A DNA stretch of 63,967 nucleotides, filler included, from Bonamia ostreae (GCA_040357525.1; 10 parts of 10 records of this genome joined end to end with filler, not necessarily neighbours in it); one strand, 5' to 3'; numbered from the whole stretch's first letter, positions 13,036-25,885 are shown. Notes: generated by a model from the letters alone, not told the origin. Numbers and translations: made by a program.

Positions 13036-13135
13036 NNNNNNNNNNNNNNNNNNNNNNNNNNNNNNNNNNNNNNNNNNNNTTAATTAATTAANNNNNNNNN
13101 NNNNNNNNNNNNNNNNNNNNNNNNNNNNNNNNNNN

Positions 13136-13350
13136 CAAAATTTTGCTATTAATCGATTTTTATTAAATCGAATTTGCAATAAAAAGCAAAATTTTGCTAT
13201 TAATCGATTTTTATTAAATCGAATTTGCAATAAAAAGCAAATTTTTGCGATTAATCGATTTTTATTAAATCGAATTTGCAATAAAAAGCAAATTTTTGCT
13301 ATTAATCGATTTTTATTAAATCGAATTTGCAATAAAAAACAAAATTTTGC
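13136..13350. repeat. 48-bp tandem repeat (~4.5 copies), probably in a HIRA intron
   Basis: CAAAATTTTGCTATTAATCGATTTTTATTAAATCGAATTTGCAATAAAAAG-type units. Confidence 0.95.
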
Positions 13351-13364
13351 GATAAAAAAAAGTC

Positions 13365-15543
13365 AGCAAACGGCGTACTAGTTTTATGGGAAACCGAAAA
13401 TTGGGCCGTCATCAAAAAATTTAGCTCATTCTACGAAAAATGCGGCATTTTAAACCTAACAAATCCTTCTTCTGTAAACGAAATAACATTTTCAAGACTG
13501 TCCTTTTCTCCAAACGGACAATATTTGGGAACAACGAGAGGATTGGACAAGTTTTAAAAATTTTACAAAAGTGTTTTTGTCTCTCCAATAATCGATATTC
13601 AAAAACTAAAACATTGTTATTCCTTCGCGGGACATTCGTCGTCGACCAGTTCGATTGTTTTTTAAACTAAATTTTTCAAAACTAAATTTTTATAGAAATT
13701 TAGCCAATTTGCTATAAAACGCAAAAATTTGACGATCGCTTCACTTATCGCAATTGGAAGCGAAGACAATTCAATTAGCATTTGGGCTTCCGATTCAAAT
13801 CGACCAATTTTGATTTTGAGAAATTTGTTCAAAAAAAGCATTTTGGATATTTCTTGGTTAAAATTTAGCTTTTTTGAACAAATTTGAAACTAAAGAATTT
13901 TTAAAATTTAATTTGAAGCAAAATTAACAAAATTTTGAATAAGGCATCCAAAAGAAGCAAAATTAATAATATGTTCATTTGATGGAACGATCGCATTCGT
14001 TCGGCTAAAAAAATGTTTGAAAAATTTTCAAATTGTTGAAAAATCGCAAATTCAAAATTTCGAATTTTCGTCTATAAACAAATCTCCGAAAAAAGCTTTT
14101 TAAAATTGCAAAAAATCAGATTTATTAAAATTAGATTTTTTTAAATTAAATTTGATAAATTTAGACAGAAAAAACAAAAAAAATTGAAAAAATCAAATCG
14201 TTTAAAGCCAAAAAAACAATTAAAAATTTGCGCTACGAACAATTTTTTAGACATTTTTCAAATTTGTTCAAAATAACAAAAAATCTTGAAAATGACCAAA
14301 ATTACAAAATCAAATCGTTTTTTGGTGTCAAAAACAAAAAATTGAGCACTTTTATTAAAAATGGTTTTCTTTTTGAAAAATTTAGAAATGTCGATAGTAA
14401 AAATTAAAAATCGGCGAATTTATAAAACGAAATTGCCTTTTCGTGTCAAAACACAATTTGTTTCGGAAAAATATTTTGCCGTTTTTTTTAAATTTATTTT
14501 GTGAAATTTTTTTGCCGTTTTTTGTAAAATTTTTTTACCGTTTTTTGTAAAAAATTTTTGTAATATTTAATAAAGTTAGCGACGGAAAACAGAATATTTC
14601 TATATAATAACAAAGCTATTTTAATAAGTCCGATTTTAAGGATAACCCCAAAAATTTTATTTGTTTTTCTTAAAAATTCTTTTCTTTCTGTTTGTTGCAA
14701 TAACGGAGATATCCAAGTTTGGAAAGTTTGTCATTTTATAAAATTTTAAATTTTGAGATTTTCTGTCATTTTTTAAAGATCGACGATTTTAGTCAAAACG
14801 TGAAAAATTTTTATAAAACAAAATATTTTGAAAACGCCAAAAAATTAAAACAGATAATCGATTTTGATATTTTAGAAGATGGTTGTTTTAAATTTGAATC
14901 AAAATAAATATCAAAAGGGAACATATCGGTTAAAATAGAGAAAAACAAAAAATTTATTTTTTCTAAAAAATTGAATTGCTGGACAGAATCGTTTTACGAT
15001 TTTTCGGGCCACAATAATTTTGACATCAACCAAAATTTTTATTTGAATGTTTTTATGTCAAAATTTAAATAAAATTAACAAATATCAAAAACAATCAAAG
15101 TTATTAAATGAAAAAACGATCAAATTTATTAAAAAACGATCAAATTTATTAAAAAAAACGAACAAATTTATTAAAAAAACGATCAAATTTATTAAAAAAA
15201 CGATCAAATTTATTAAAAAACGATCAAAATTTATTTAAAAAAAACGATCAAATTTATTATAAAAAACGAACAAAATTTATTAAAAACGATCAAATTTATT
15301 AAAAAACGATCAAATTTATTAAAAAACTATTCAAAATTTATTAAAAAAACGAACAAAATTTATAAAAAATTTGATAAAATGCAAAAAAAGAACGATTTAG
15401 CTTCCGTAAACCATTTCAAAAATGGCAATCGATTTAAAGAATTGGCAAAATTTTGCTTAAAAAATGAATTCGAACGGAAAGAATTTGATTATTGGAAATC
15501 AAAATTTGACCATTTCGAATCAAAATCTGACAAATCGAATTAA
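13365..15543 (+). CDS. HIRA: HIRA histone chaperone (5'-partial, multi-exon)
   Basis: TFSRLSFSPNGQYLG, GHSSSTSSI, IAIGSEDNSISIWASDSNRPILILRNLFKKSILDISW, CSFDGTIAF match HIRA/Hir1; 3' end approximate. Confidence 0.85.
15110..15365. repeat. ~20-bp minisatellite in HIRA intron
   Basis: AAAAAACGATCAAATTTATT repeated about 12 times. Confidence 0.9.
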
Positions 15544-15565
15544 TTTTTATAAATTTTGTCATTTT

Positions 15566-15972
15566 TTAAAATTTAATATTTTGAAATATTGTTCGAATGC
15601 GCTTAGAAACAAATCTTTTCGGGACCAATTTTACGATTTTCCTTTTTTCCGATTTTCGCAGATCTAAAAATTTAGTCAAAATATTTAAACAGAAACAATT
15701 AATTTCAAATTTTGGATTAATTTTGCTAAAAATTTTTTGCGCTCTTGTCGACGCTTTCCCAAAAATCTCTTCGTTTAGGCTAAATATTGAATTTAGCTTT
15801 TTCAAATTGTGCGATTTTTGTAATCGATTTTTCGAATTTTTGGTTGTTTTCAAATTTTGCTAAATTTTAAAAAAGTACTTTAAATGTTCTTCGAAGCAAC
15901 AATTCGGCTCTTTTAGATTTCTGTAAAAATTTTTAATTAAACTCGAATTTTTATGTTTTTGAATTTTTCCAT
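15566..15972 (-). CDS. small Lys/Arg-rich hypothetical protein
   Basis: ATG at 15972; frame preserved across a 22-nt and a 19-nt (15860-15878) GT-AG intron into ORF 15566-15853. Confidence 0.55.
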
Positions 15973-16336
15973 TTTCCGTTTTTTTAATCTAAAAATCTCG
16001 TTCTTTTTAAATTTTATTTTCATAAAATTAAACAACGCCGAAATGAACTTTTAGCTTTTTTCTGTATAAAAATGTTAAAATTTAACCTTTTGTCAAACTT
16101 TGTTGTGACAATCTTTGTGTTTGGGACATTACTATTACATAAAACGGATTTTAACATGTGATAAAATTTAGCCGATATTTTACAATTTATTCGAAAATTT
16201 TTAAAATTCATTGAAATTACGCAAATCAAGTACAATTTTTAAAATCGATAATCCCCAAAAACCTAAAAACCAAAAATTAGATCAAAACAATATAAATCTA
16301 AAAAGAACAAGCTTAAAAAAACTATTTAGCCTTGAA

Positions 16337-17297
16337 ATGCCTAGAAAAGGGTCTAAAAGAGTAAAACATCGAACGCACATAAAAAACGAAGATGCGTTAA
16401 AAGGCCCTTTAAGTTACGTTTTCAAACAAGGCAAAATCGGAAAATCGCCTTCACAGCTAATTTTGGATTTTAGAGCCGTTTTTAGGCCATTCACTCAACA
16501 AAAAATAAAACAAAAACGCAACACAAAACTAAAACATTTCCTAAATGCGTCAAAAGAATTTAGTCAAATTACATATTTGACCAAAAATGGCGAAAATTTG
16601 AATTTGAAAATAATCAAATTGCCGAAAGGGCCGACTTTTCTGTTTAGAGTAAAAGAATTTACGTTGGTGAAGGACATTGCCAAAATAACGAAAAAATTTA
16701 ATAATAACAACAATTTGTATTTTTTCCATCCGTTAGTTTTGTTCAAAAATTTTGATGGCGTCGATGATGAAAAACAGTTATTAAATGCGCTTTTTAAGAA
16801 TAGTTTTGCAAAAGTTGATAAAAATGTTTATTTTACGACTCAATTTTTTGGCGATTAATTTTTTTTGTTGATATTATTTTTTGTTGAAATAAATTTTTTG
16901 GACTAATTTTTTTGTTGAATAAATTTTTTGTTGAATAAATTTTTTGTTTTTCTAAATAATTTTTTTGGACTAATTTTTTGTCGAAAGAATTAATTTTGTT
17001 AATTTTAATTTTTGGAAATTTTAAAATTTAAAGACAAAAATCAATCAAATAAGACGTGTTGTAATATTTGAATATGACAACAAAACAAAAGAAATAAAAT
17101 TTAGACATTACTCGATACGCAAAAACAATTTTGAAGACGAAAAGTCTTTGAAATTGACTGAAATCGGTCCGAGATTAACGTTGTCGACAATAAAAATTGA
17201 AGAAAGCGTTAACAACGGAAGAGTTCTATACAAATTTAGTTTTTTTATAAATTCTAACAAAGATGATCAAAATCGGATCAAAGAAGATTTTAAATGA
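16337..17297 (+). CDS. PPAN: Peter Pan/SSF1 Brix-domain ribosome biogenesis factor
   Basis: KRVKHRTH, LILDFRAVFRPFT, KLPKGPTFLFRV, RRVVIF...FRHY, LTEIGPRLTL..IKIEE. Confidence 0.9.
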
Positions 17298-17729
17298 TTT
17301 TATTGAAAAAATTGCTTTTTAAAATGTTTTTGTAATAAACAAAAATTGCTTTTTCGAATACAAAAAAATTATAAAATGTTTTTAGAATAAACAAAAATTG
17401 CTTTTTCGAATACAAAAAAATAAAAATTGTATTTAAATACAGTGATTCTCTTAAAAATCGGCACCAATCGACATGTTTTTTTGTCGATCTTTATGTATCT
17501 TGAAATATCCATTTTTAAATCAAAGTCAACTTATTTTTGGCTTTCCAAATCTCTTTTTGTTGCATTTCCATTTTTACTCAAAATAAACCTTTTCTTTTTT
17601 TTTCAATATTTTACAAATACTCAAAAACAAGTTTATAAAAATCATTTTATAAATACGAAAAGTCTAATTTCAAAATTAGCTTTTACTATTATACCAATAT
17701 TGTTAATCAAACACAGTTAGCTTTTACAA

Positions 17730-19590
17730 ATGTTCTCAAGATGGTTCAAGAACAAAGAAGATTCCCCCGTCACGAAATCTGCGATTCCGATTTACGACAG
17801 TTTTTCGGTCAACGACGAAAAGCTAAATTTAAAACTAAATTTAGTTAATTAAAAAATTAATAAAAGAAAAGTTATCAAAGTTGTTATTGTTACGAAAAAT
17901 TTGCTTACAACGCAAAATTTGATATTTTGGCGGTCGTAGCAGCAAACGACATTTTTATGTTTTTTGCAAAATTTTCAGAATCCAAAATTCGGCAAAAACA
18001 AAAATAAACTTGAACATTCCTGAAACAATCCAAAAAGTCGATTTCTTCAACGAAAACTTGATAATTTCAACTTTAAAAACAATTTTGTTATTAAAATACG
18101 ACGAAAAAAAATTTTATGTTTTGGCGAATCGAACCAATTTGCCCGTAAATTTTAGTTCGATTACTGATTTTTTCGTGAGCAAAAATAATCGAATAGTTTA
18201 TATAAACACTTCAAACGGGTTCATCGCGTTCTTCGATTTGGAAAATGCAAAATTTTTGGATTTCCGTTTGGATTCACTCATTTGCTCCAACTCCAAAAAT
18301 TTGGTAAAAGGATATTCTGTTCAATGTTAATTTTTCCAATTTTTTTAGATTTGGCGGAATCTTTTGATACGACCAAAATATTGATAAAACGGGATTTGAA
18401 TAAAATATCAATTTTCGATTTACTGAAAAAAGAGTCTTCGACAAAATTTGGAAAATTGGACAAAAATAATTTGGAAATAATTTGTGGAGCGTTCCATTCT
18501 TCGTCAAAATTTATTGTTACCGGTTTTTCAATTTTTTTGTAAAATTTTTTGAACTAGTCAAAAGTCGAAATTTTGAAATTTGAAGGTCACAAAAACGGAA
18601 ATTTGATAATTTGGGGAAAAGATAAAACGAAAAAAATAATAAAAAAAGATTTTCCCATTATTGAAATTGCAATGTTTTCCCCCAAAACCGAAAATAACCA
18701 AATTTTTTATTTTGCCGCGAAAAGAAAAAATTCCGAAAATAATTGTTAAAATTTGGCATTTTTTAATTAAAATATTTTGAAAATCTTAAAAATCAAAATT
18801 TAGTAAAAATTGAATTATATTTTGGAGAAAATGCAAATTCGGTTGAAAATTTGAAAATATTTGAAAATTTGAATACAAAAAATCGAATTTTAAATTTCGG
18901 CTTTAAATCAATTCCAAAATTTAGCAATTTGAAGGATTTTGTTAAAATGAAAGATGACGTTAAGTTTTTTAAGCTAAAATACAAATAAAATTTAGCAATT
19001 TGATTTTATCCAAAATTTAAAAAACTGAAAGATTAAAACAGCTCAAAAATCTCCAAATTTTTATTTTTACTGAAAAAGCGATTTTACAATATAAAAATTC
19101 CCAAAAATCTGAAAAATCAGAATTGGAATTGGTCGATTATCAAATGCCGGTTTGGTCATCAATTTTATCAACGCGATTTGAAAAATCATTAAATGCAAAA
19201 TTGTTAACTTTAGACAATAACAATCCAGTTTCAGTGTTTTTTTGGGACTTTAAAGACGATTTTATAAATCAGTCGAAATTGCTTTTCAAAGTTGAATTGA
19301 TTGAAGTTGTTAAAACTGTTTTTTTGACAAATTTTTAAAAATCGCAATTTGAACAGATAACTTTTGTAAAATATTGGGAAGAACGATCTTTATTGACGAT
19401 CGGATTGGAAAACGGATTTGTCTTTATTTACAAAGTCGATTTGTTTTATTTTTTAAATTTAGTGCATTGGAAAAAGTGTCTTTGATAAACCATACGAGTC
19501 TTCACGTTAATCCTATTACGGACATTTTTATCAATTTTTACAGAGAAATGTTTTTTGTTTAAACAAATTTGTTCAAAACAATCGAAAACA
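17730..19590 (+). CDS. Lgl/tomosyn/Sro7-like WD40 protein (3'-partial)
   Basis: FAYNAKFDILAV and FHSSSKFIVTGHKNGNLIIW resemble Sro7/tomosyn AYDPVQ.LLA and HP.G.FIVTGH.DG.L.FW. Confidence 0.55.
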
Positions 19591-19690
19591 NNNNNNNNNN
19601 NNNNNNNNNNNNNNNNNNNNNNNNNNNNNNNNNNTTAATTAATTAANNNNNNNNNNNNNNNNNNNNNNNNNNNNNNNNNNNNNNNNNNNN

Positions 19691-20718
19691 AAAAAATCGA
19701 ACAAATTTCAGAAGAAAGACCTTTAGAAATGTTAACGCTAATTCTGAAAACGACAAGTTACATCGAAGAGATTGTACTTCAATTAAAAAAAAGAATTTTT
19801 AAGGACTGCCAAAAAATCAATTTTAAAACGGATTTCGATTTTCACAAATTGGAAGAAATTAATATTAAATTAGCAAATAATGTTAAAAATCCAAATTTTA
19901 GTTATTTCAGCAATAACTTTCGTTCAATTAAAACAAAATTTTTATGATAAAAATAGACATTAAACAACATTTCAGATCTGATAAACGAAAAATGCGAACC
20001 GATTTTAAGAGAAACAAATAAACTAAATTTGGCAAAATTGAAAACTTTGGGCGAACCGAGTCGATTCACAGAAGCCCTTTCTGTTATTATTGAAAGAAAA
20101 TTTGTCATTTTGAGACAAAATTTGGTAACAGAACATTATTTGATATTTTGTGGCAGATTTTTGGCAAAATTTTATCAGATTTTTAACGATTTTATTCAAA
20201 ATTGCAGGTTTTGGCTAAACTTTAGAAAATTTTGCTGTTTTGTAAAATTTAGTCAAACATTTCGCAATGTTTTGACATTTAAGAATGGTTCGGAAAATCG
20301 GTGCTCAGCAATTGCTGTTAGACCATTACACGATAAAATCTCATATTCAAAGAAATATTTTATCGTCTGATGAACAAACGAGCGATAACTTGTTGAAGAA
20401 AATAATTTTGGCAAAATCTGAAAATTTGGAGAAAAAGCTAAAGTTGTTGAGTAGCGAAGAATTTTCAGTCAAAAAATTTTGTCAGTTTTTTCCAACTTTT
20501 GGTAAAACCGGTTTATTAATTTTCAATAAAATCGATCAAAATTCGATCAATATTTGCAAAAAGTAATTTTGTAAAATCGATTAAAATTGGATCAAAATTT
20601 GCAAAAATCGATTATAATTTTAAAATTAGAATTGAAGAAAATCTTGTCAATAAAGTTCGGAGATAGCGCAGATACGAAAAAATATTATAAAGATTTTGAA
20701 ACATTGAATAAAAATTAA
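19691..20718 (+). CDS. VPS53: GARP subunit VPS53, C-terminal part
   Basis: LGEPSRFT...ILRQNL...FCGRF...GAQQLLLDHYTIKS...KKILSIK aligns by eye to VPS53 VGDQSPYV...IRDNL...FCVKF...GAEQLLLDTHSLK. Confidence 0.8.
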
Positions 20719-20792
20719 ATTTTTTAGAAAAATTTCCAAATTTCATATTTTTGCAAAAACTAAAATTTTAATAATTTAAAAATTTTCATAAA

Positions 20793-21365
20793 ATGGCAAA
20801 TTTCGCGTTAAGAGAATTAAAGTAATCAGATTTTGAGAAGGGCTATTTGGATTTATTGAATGAACTTTCAAATTCAATTTTTAACAACGATAAAACTAAG
20901 TTCATCGGTCAACTTTTAAAAATTTAAAATTTGACCAAATCTAAAAAAATAGACAAATTGGAGAAAATCAAATCAAATCGCATAAAAATCTTTGTTATCG
21001 AACAAAATCAAAAAATTATTGCGACCGGATCGATTTTGATCGAACCAAAATTTATTCACCAATTTCAAAACGTTTTTATAAAACAAATTGTTCTAAAAAA
21101 TCTATCAATTAAAAAGCTAAAATCTATCGAAAAAAATTTTAAAATTGTTAAATTGCAAAATCAGGTCGGCCACATTGAAGATATTGTTGTCGACAGAAAT
21201 TTCAGAGGAAAAAACATTGGCAAAAAAATTTTGGCAAAACTAATCGAATATGCTAAAAACAACGGTTGCTACAAAGTAATCCTCGATTGTTCCCGAGAAA
21301 ACGTTTCGTTTTACAAGAAATGTGGATTGGACGAAAAGGGCGTTTGCATGGCCAAATATTTTTAA
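20793..21365 (+). CDS. GNA1: glucosamine-6-phosphate N-acetyltransferase, with in-frame TAA at codon 11
   Basis: RELK*SDFEKGYLDLL, ATGSILIEPKFIH, GHIEDIVVD...RGKNIGK, GCYKVILDC...FYKKCG; two introns. Confidence 0.9.
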
Positions 21366-21484
21366 ACATTTTAAATATTTCTCCATTTTTCGCTAAAACC
21401 CATTTTTCGCTTATTAAAATTTTTCGCCAAAAGCCATATAATTATAACAACCCAAAAATCCAAAAAATCTGAAAGCTCTTAAAA

Positions 21485-21880
21485 ATGGAAGTCGATGTTG
21501 AATTGACAGTATTAATAGTTTGGAGACGATATAGATTACAAAGATCGATCGCGAAAAGACCGCTTTGTTCTTTTCGAAGAAGAAACGAGCGATCTGCTTT
21601 TAGACCTCGGATTGGGACAGTATTCGACCGAAAGGCTTCATGTCAAATATGCATGCGACAATGAGCACCCCAAAGTCATTCCCATCACAATTAGCGTTTT
21701 TATACAAATTTACGGTTTGGCGCCAAATTTACAAAATTTGCCTTTGACCAATTTTACTTTTTTTTCTTGATCGATAAAATCACGATAATGGACATTAAAA
21801 AGCAAAATCCGAAGCTCTCTTTTTTTCAATAAAAATACGGGAAGTCCTTGGTATTCTATTTTGTAGACTAAAAAATTGGC
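21485..21880 (+). CDS. short hypothetical protein (exon structure uncertain)
   Basis: AAAAATG start, 28-nt GT-AG intron, coding-like exon FGDDIDYKDRSRKDRFVLFEEE... Confidence 0.3.
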
Positions 21881-21973
21881 CGCAAAATAAATTGTTACAA
21901 TTGCACGATCGACAATCTGTTCGTCATCAACTAAGTCGCTCTGCAAATGAACCAAAAAAGCGACCCGGTTTGT

Positions 21974-22428
21974 CTAAACTGCTCTTACGTCTCGCTTCGC
22001 TTCGAAAGAATGTCCACCAACTTCTTCGACAAAATAAGAAGAAGCGTCGACCAAATTTTTTTCAACTACAAAAAATTGGAATTCGCCATTGTCGAGCCGC
22101 TCCAGACTTTTATCCAAACCGTCCAACGAATTCGCACAGCAGACGAAAATGCTCCGCCGCGATTGAAAGTCATAAAACCGTTGAACAGACCTTGTTTCAC
22201 GGCTTTCGGATAAAAAAAATTTTCAGACCATTTACAGCTTTTCTGTATGTTCTGTCTGTACGCAAGACAAGTTTCAAGCAATAGAGCGAAGACCAAAACA
22301 ACCAATGCTTGGATGTAACAGATCAAATCGAACGGCCCGATTTTTACATCAGCGAAAGACGACGCGCTTACAGTTTTGACCAGAAAAATGGCGCACGCAA
22401 ATATGAAAACGCTTGCGCTGAAATTCAT
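21974..22428 (-). CDS. hypothetical signal-peptide + single TM protein (3' frame uncertain)
   Basis: MNFSASVFIFACAIFLVKTVSA signal-like segment, then TM LICYIQALVVLVFALLL. Confidence 0.45.
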
Positions 22429-22734
22429 TTTTGGCTGATTATTTTTGTAATTTTTTAAAGTTAGCTTTCATATAATTTAATTTTGGCCGCACAAAATTTT
22501 CATGGAATATAAAATTTCAACTTTTCTGCGTTCACGCTCAAATATATTTTAATTGATTTTGCAATCGTTTGATCTGTCGCCATTCCTGACAACAAAATAA
22601 AATGTGTGAAGAGATAAAATGCGAAGATAAATTGCTATGTAAAAAATTGAAGAACAAACAAATTTTAAAAATTCTAATCTTCGATATTAAAATAAAGACA
22701 ATTTTCTAATCTATAAAAATCCACCATTTTATAA

Positions 22735-22845
22735 AAATCATAAGTGATTAATTTAGCAAAAATGTCATAAGTAATTAATTTAGCAAAAATGTCATAAGTA
22801 ATTAATTTAGCAAAAATGTCATAAGTAATTAATTTAGCAAAAATC
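22735..22845. repeat. 27-bp tandem repeat (~4 copies)
   Basis: AAAATGTCATAAGTAATTAATTTAGCA units. Confidence 0.9.
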
Positions 22846-23348
22846 GTTTTTGGCATATTTCAAAACGTTTGTCGACAATCAGTTTTGTATAAAGAAAGAA
22901 GATTAAAAAGTTAAAAAGCAAATGTAACAATTAATCAAATGCGAATACAAATGTAACAATGATCAAAGATATTGTGAGATTTGGATTGGACCTGTAGCTG
23001 AAACTTTTAGAAAGTAGTTCTTGCGTGTTTGCTTCGTTTTCGATTTCTTTAGATTTAATTTTTGTGAGAGATCAAATTAAGTTCTTCAAAACCAAAAAGG
23101 GATTTCAGATGGTCGAAAATGTCTTCTGAACAACTTGTAGCCAACACAAACAAAAACAATAAAAAATAACCCATTTTTAATTTGCAAAAATTGCCGTTGT
23201 TTTCAAAATCTAACACATATTTTAATATATTGGACGCTTTTTCGGTCGAATTCCGAGAAAGCTTAAAAAAGTTTTAAAAGTTGAGTTAAAATATAAAAAG
23301 CGCGAATATAAAAGAAAATAATTAAATTGACAAAATAAGAGATTGACT

Positions 23349-24444
23349 TCATTTAATAATAAAAATCCCTGACAACACAAAACCGCTTGATCCAGCGGAC
23401 ACGTTAATCGGTCTTGTTCTGTCTTTTTCCATCGAATGTTCCATCAATAAACTAGAACTCAATCTCAAATTTATCCCCATTTCTTCACCAGTTATCATTT
23501 TCGCCAGCTTTTCGTAAAGTTATTGAACCTGTGAAAGCACTTCAAAAAACTGAGAATAGAAAACAAAATGTCCATTTGGCCTTAGATTTTCCAAAATAAT
23601 TTTCTTCGCGATCGCATTAAAATCGTCTTTGGCGTTGAACAAAGCCACAAAACTATCAAAATCGCCATCTTTTATTCATTTTTATGAAAACAAAAAACTT
23701 CCGAAAATAAAAATGTCATCATTTTAAAACATATAAACCAATATCATTTTCATCCAAATCATCAAAGCCTTTTCTAATAAAGCGAACGTTGGGGCATTTT
23801 TCGAAATTAAATTTGTTGAAATTGCAATTTGAAAATTTTCTTTTTGAATTTGATTTTTCGGAACAACGGAGCACTGAAACCACTTTCCCGGAAGTACGTT
23901 GACATAACGCCCCGGTAACGAACCCTTCGGAATGGTCATAAACGATGACGGTTGATTTGTAGTTCAAATTGGCCAGAGTCAGAATTTTCGCGAGCGAATC
24001 GTCGCGAAGAAAAAGAATGCTTCTGGGGCTAAGCGAGTTTACCAAATTCACAGCGTTTGTTTTAGCGACTGAAAACGATTTTCTTTTTTTAAGAAGTCTT
24101 TTTTTGGCTGTTTTCTCTATTTTGAAGCGCTCTCCGTCTGTTAATTTTACTTTTTTGTTGTCGCCGATTTCAGAATTCTCATTGTTATCGTTATTATCGG
24201 CCAAACTTTCATAGTTGCCAGGTTTCGTATCCAACAAAATCGACCCGGCATCATCGATAAGATACTGCAAATTGTATTCTGTGTCAATAAGAAAATCACA
24301 TTTAACTTTCTTTTTGAAAATTTTAATGTTTTTTCCATTTTCTATTTTTTTGACTATTTTGTGGCCATTTCTGAAATTAAATTATGAAAACAGATATTCG
24401 ATTATAACATAATCGCCTGAACCAATTCTATTCGTCTTGTCCAT
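23349..24444 (-). CDS. TRM6: tRNA m1A58 methyltransferase non-catalytic subunit (Gcd10/Trm6)
   Basis: LRDDSLAKILTLANL...VYDHSEGFVTGALCQR; C-terminal RTRP...GSSGFVLSG. Confidence 0.85.
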
Positions 24445-24607
24445 ATTTTTTAACATTAGACGGAAATAATATTTTCAACAAAATTAAATCGGCGAATTTA
24501 GTTTTTAAGCTTAAATAAATTTACAATTGATGTGTTTCGGAAAAGGATTTTGTTACAATATTTAGTTCAATTAGATTGTTACATCCCTCTTGACATCATC
24601 TTGGAAG

Positions 24608-24743
24608 TAACAACACCGGGATTCGAACCCTTTTTTCCAAAAATATTTATTTTGAAGTTCCAATTCGGAAGATTTCAAAACAGAAAATAATTGGTCGTTT
24701 TTGATTGCGGTCACTTATTTCGAACGGTTGAGCCATCGCGCCC
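24608..24743 (-). mobile_element. tRNA-derived SINE-like element with Pol III A- and B-box
   Basis: Minus strand GGGCGCGATGGCTCAACCG (A-box-like) ... GGGTTCGAATCCCGGTGTTGTT (B-box); no intact cloverleaf; related copy at 46187. Confidence 0.55.
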
Positions 24744-24948
24744 TCTGAAAAAATTTTGGAAGCAGAAATATTTTCAGTTTCGAAATGTCAAATAATAAAA
24801 ATATTGAAAACAAAGAAAAAATTTTAAATGGCGTTTTATTTGGTTTATAAAATATTCTTTAACAGTTTAACAAATATAATCGACATTTGCTCTGAAAAAG
24901 TGTTTTTAAAAGATTATGCAAAATAGGTGTAATTAAGAACGAAAAGAA

Positions 24949-25699
24949 ATGTCGATTGACGAAGAAATAGATCTCATCTCTAATGACTTAAAAGACGAGC
25001 AAGACCGCGTTGACCAGATCCTCGAAAAAATATGTCCCGCCGATTTACGCGTTCTTTGCCAAGACAGCAAATTGCGCTCACTCGAAGAATCAGTTATAGA
25101 CTTAAAAAGGTCATTTTCCGAAAGCAAAATGGATAAAGCAATTGAACAGATCGAAGAGATTAATTTCCGCTTGGAAAAAATTGGTCGGAAAAACAAAGCA
25201 ATGGACGCCCAAAAACGATTTCTGAGCGAGCAAGCCGCAACAATCGAACGCGACATCGAAAAGCTAAATTTGGCGCTTCGCAAAAAACAGCAAATTTACC
25301 AGAAAGCGGAAAAACGCAAAATCGAGTTTCAACAATGCGAAAAACAACTTTATTTCTTGAGCAAACTTGAAAGCAAAGAAGATCTCGAAAAGTTTTTAAA
25401 ACAGACGAAAAAAAAGGGACATCGCCGAAACAAAAAAGCGATTGAAAGAATTGGAACAGAAAGGAAAGGAAAGCGAGGCGAAAAATTTGGCGAAAAGGAA
25501 AAAATTTGCTTTTCTCCAAAACGCGATTGATTTGGCTCTCACTGAATTGGACGATGTTTCAGAGTCGAAATTGATTTTCGATCGTTTGAAAATTTTATGT
25601 TTTAGTCAATGTCAATGCGAAAGAATATCAACCGAAAAAATGAAATTTTTGTTAGAAAATTGTATTATAATTTATGAACTCAATCAATGTCTTCTTTAA
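24949..25699 (+). CDS. coiled-coil hypothetical protein with apparent +1 frameshift at A8 (25408-25415)
   Basis: Heptad pattern continues only in the +1 frame (RDIAETKKRLKELEQKG...). Confidence 0.55.
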
Positions 25700-25885
25700 A
25701 CAATCTTCGCCTAAAATTTGGTTTTAGAAAACAGAAAATTTGGCGTTCTAAGTAAATCTGTTTTGTTTTCTGTCATCTTCGGCACAACATCTTTGAAGAA
25801 ATAATAGATGTGGCCCGCTCCAAGTCCAACCAAATCCGATTCCAAATGACCGTTAATTAAAATCGTTATCAGAATGAAGACATAT
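25680..25885 (-). CDS. Derlin (Der1 family), C-terminal exons (5'-partial; not in the ORF track)
   Basis: DLVGLGAGHIYYFFKDVVP...LLRTPNFL|RRLF matches Derlin DL.GI..GH.YYFL.DV.P...L.TP; 22-nt intron. Confidence 0.85.

Noticed and set aside
13084-13332. ORF with 16-aa repeats; CRISPR-like appearance
   Set aside because: Translation of a 48-bp tandem repeat with no unique spacers; eukaryotic intron; similar at 22674-22856 and 15047-15238
8992-15543. Apparent histone-chaperone cluster CHAF1B-SPT16-HIRA
   Set aside because: HIRA lies across a linker; only CHAF1B-SPT16 adjacency is real, and a single pair is weak evidence
20823-20825. Genome-wide TAA reassignment as in ciliates
   Set aside because: PGK, MDH, SDR, TRM5, SPT16 and GNA1 itself end in TAA at the expected positions
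24608-24743. Functional tRNA gene
   Set aside because: Acceptor and T stems do not pair and no anticodon arm is evident; kept only as SINE-like
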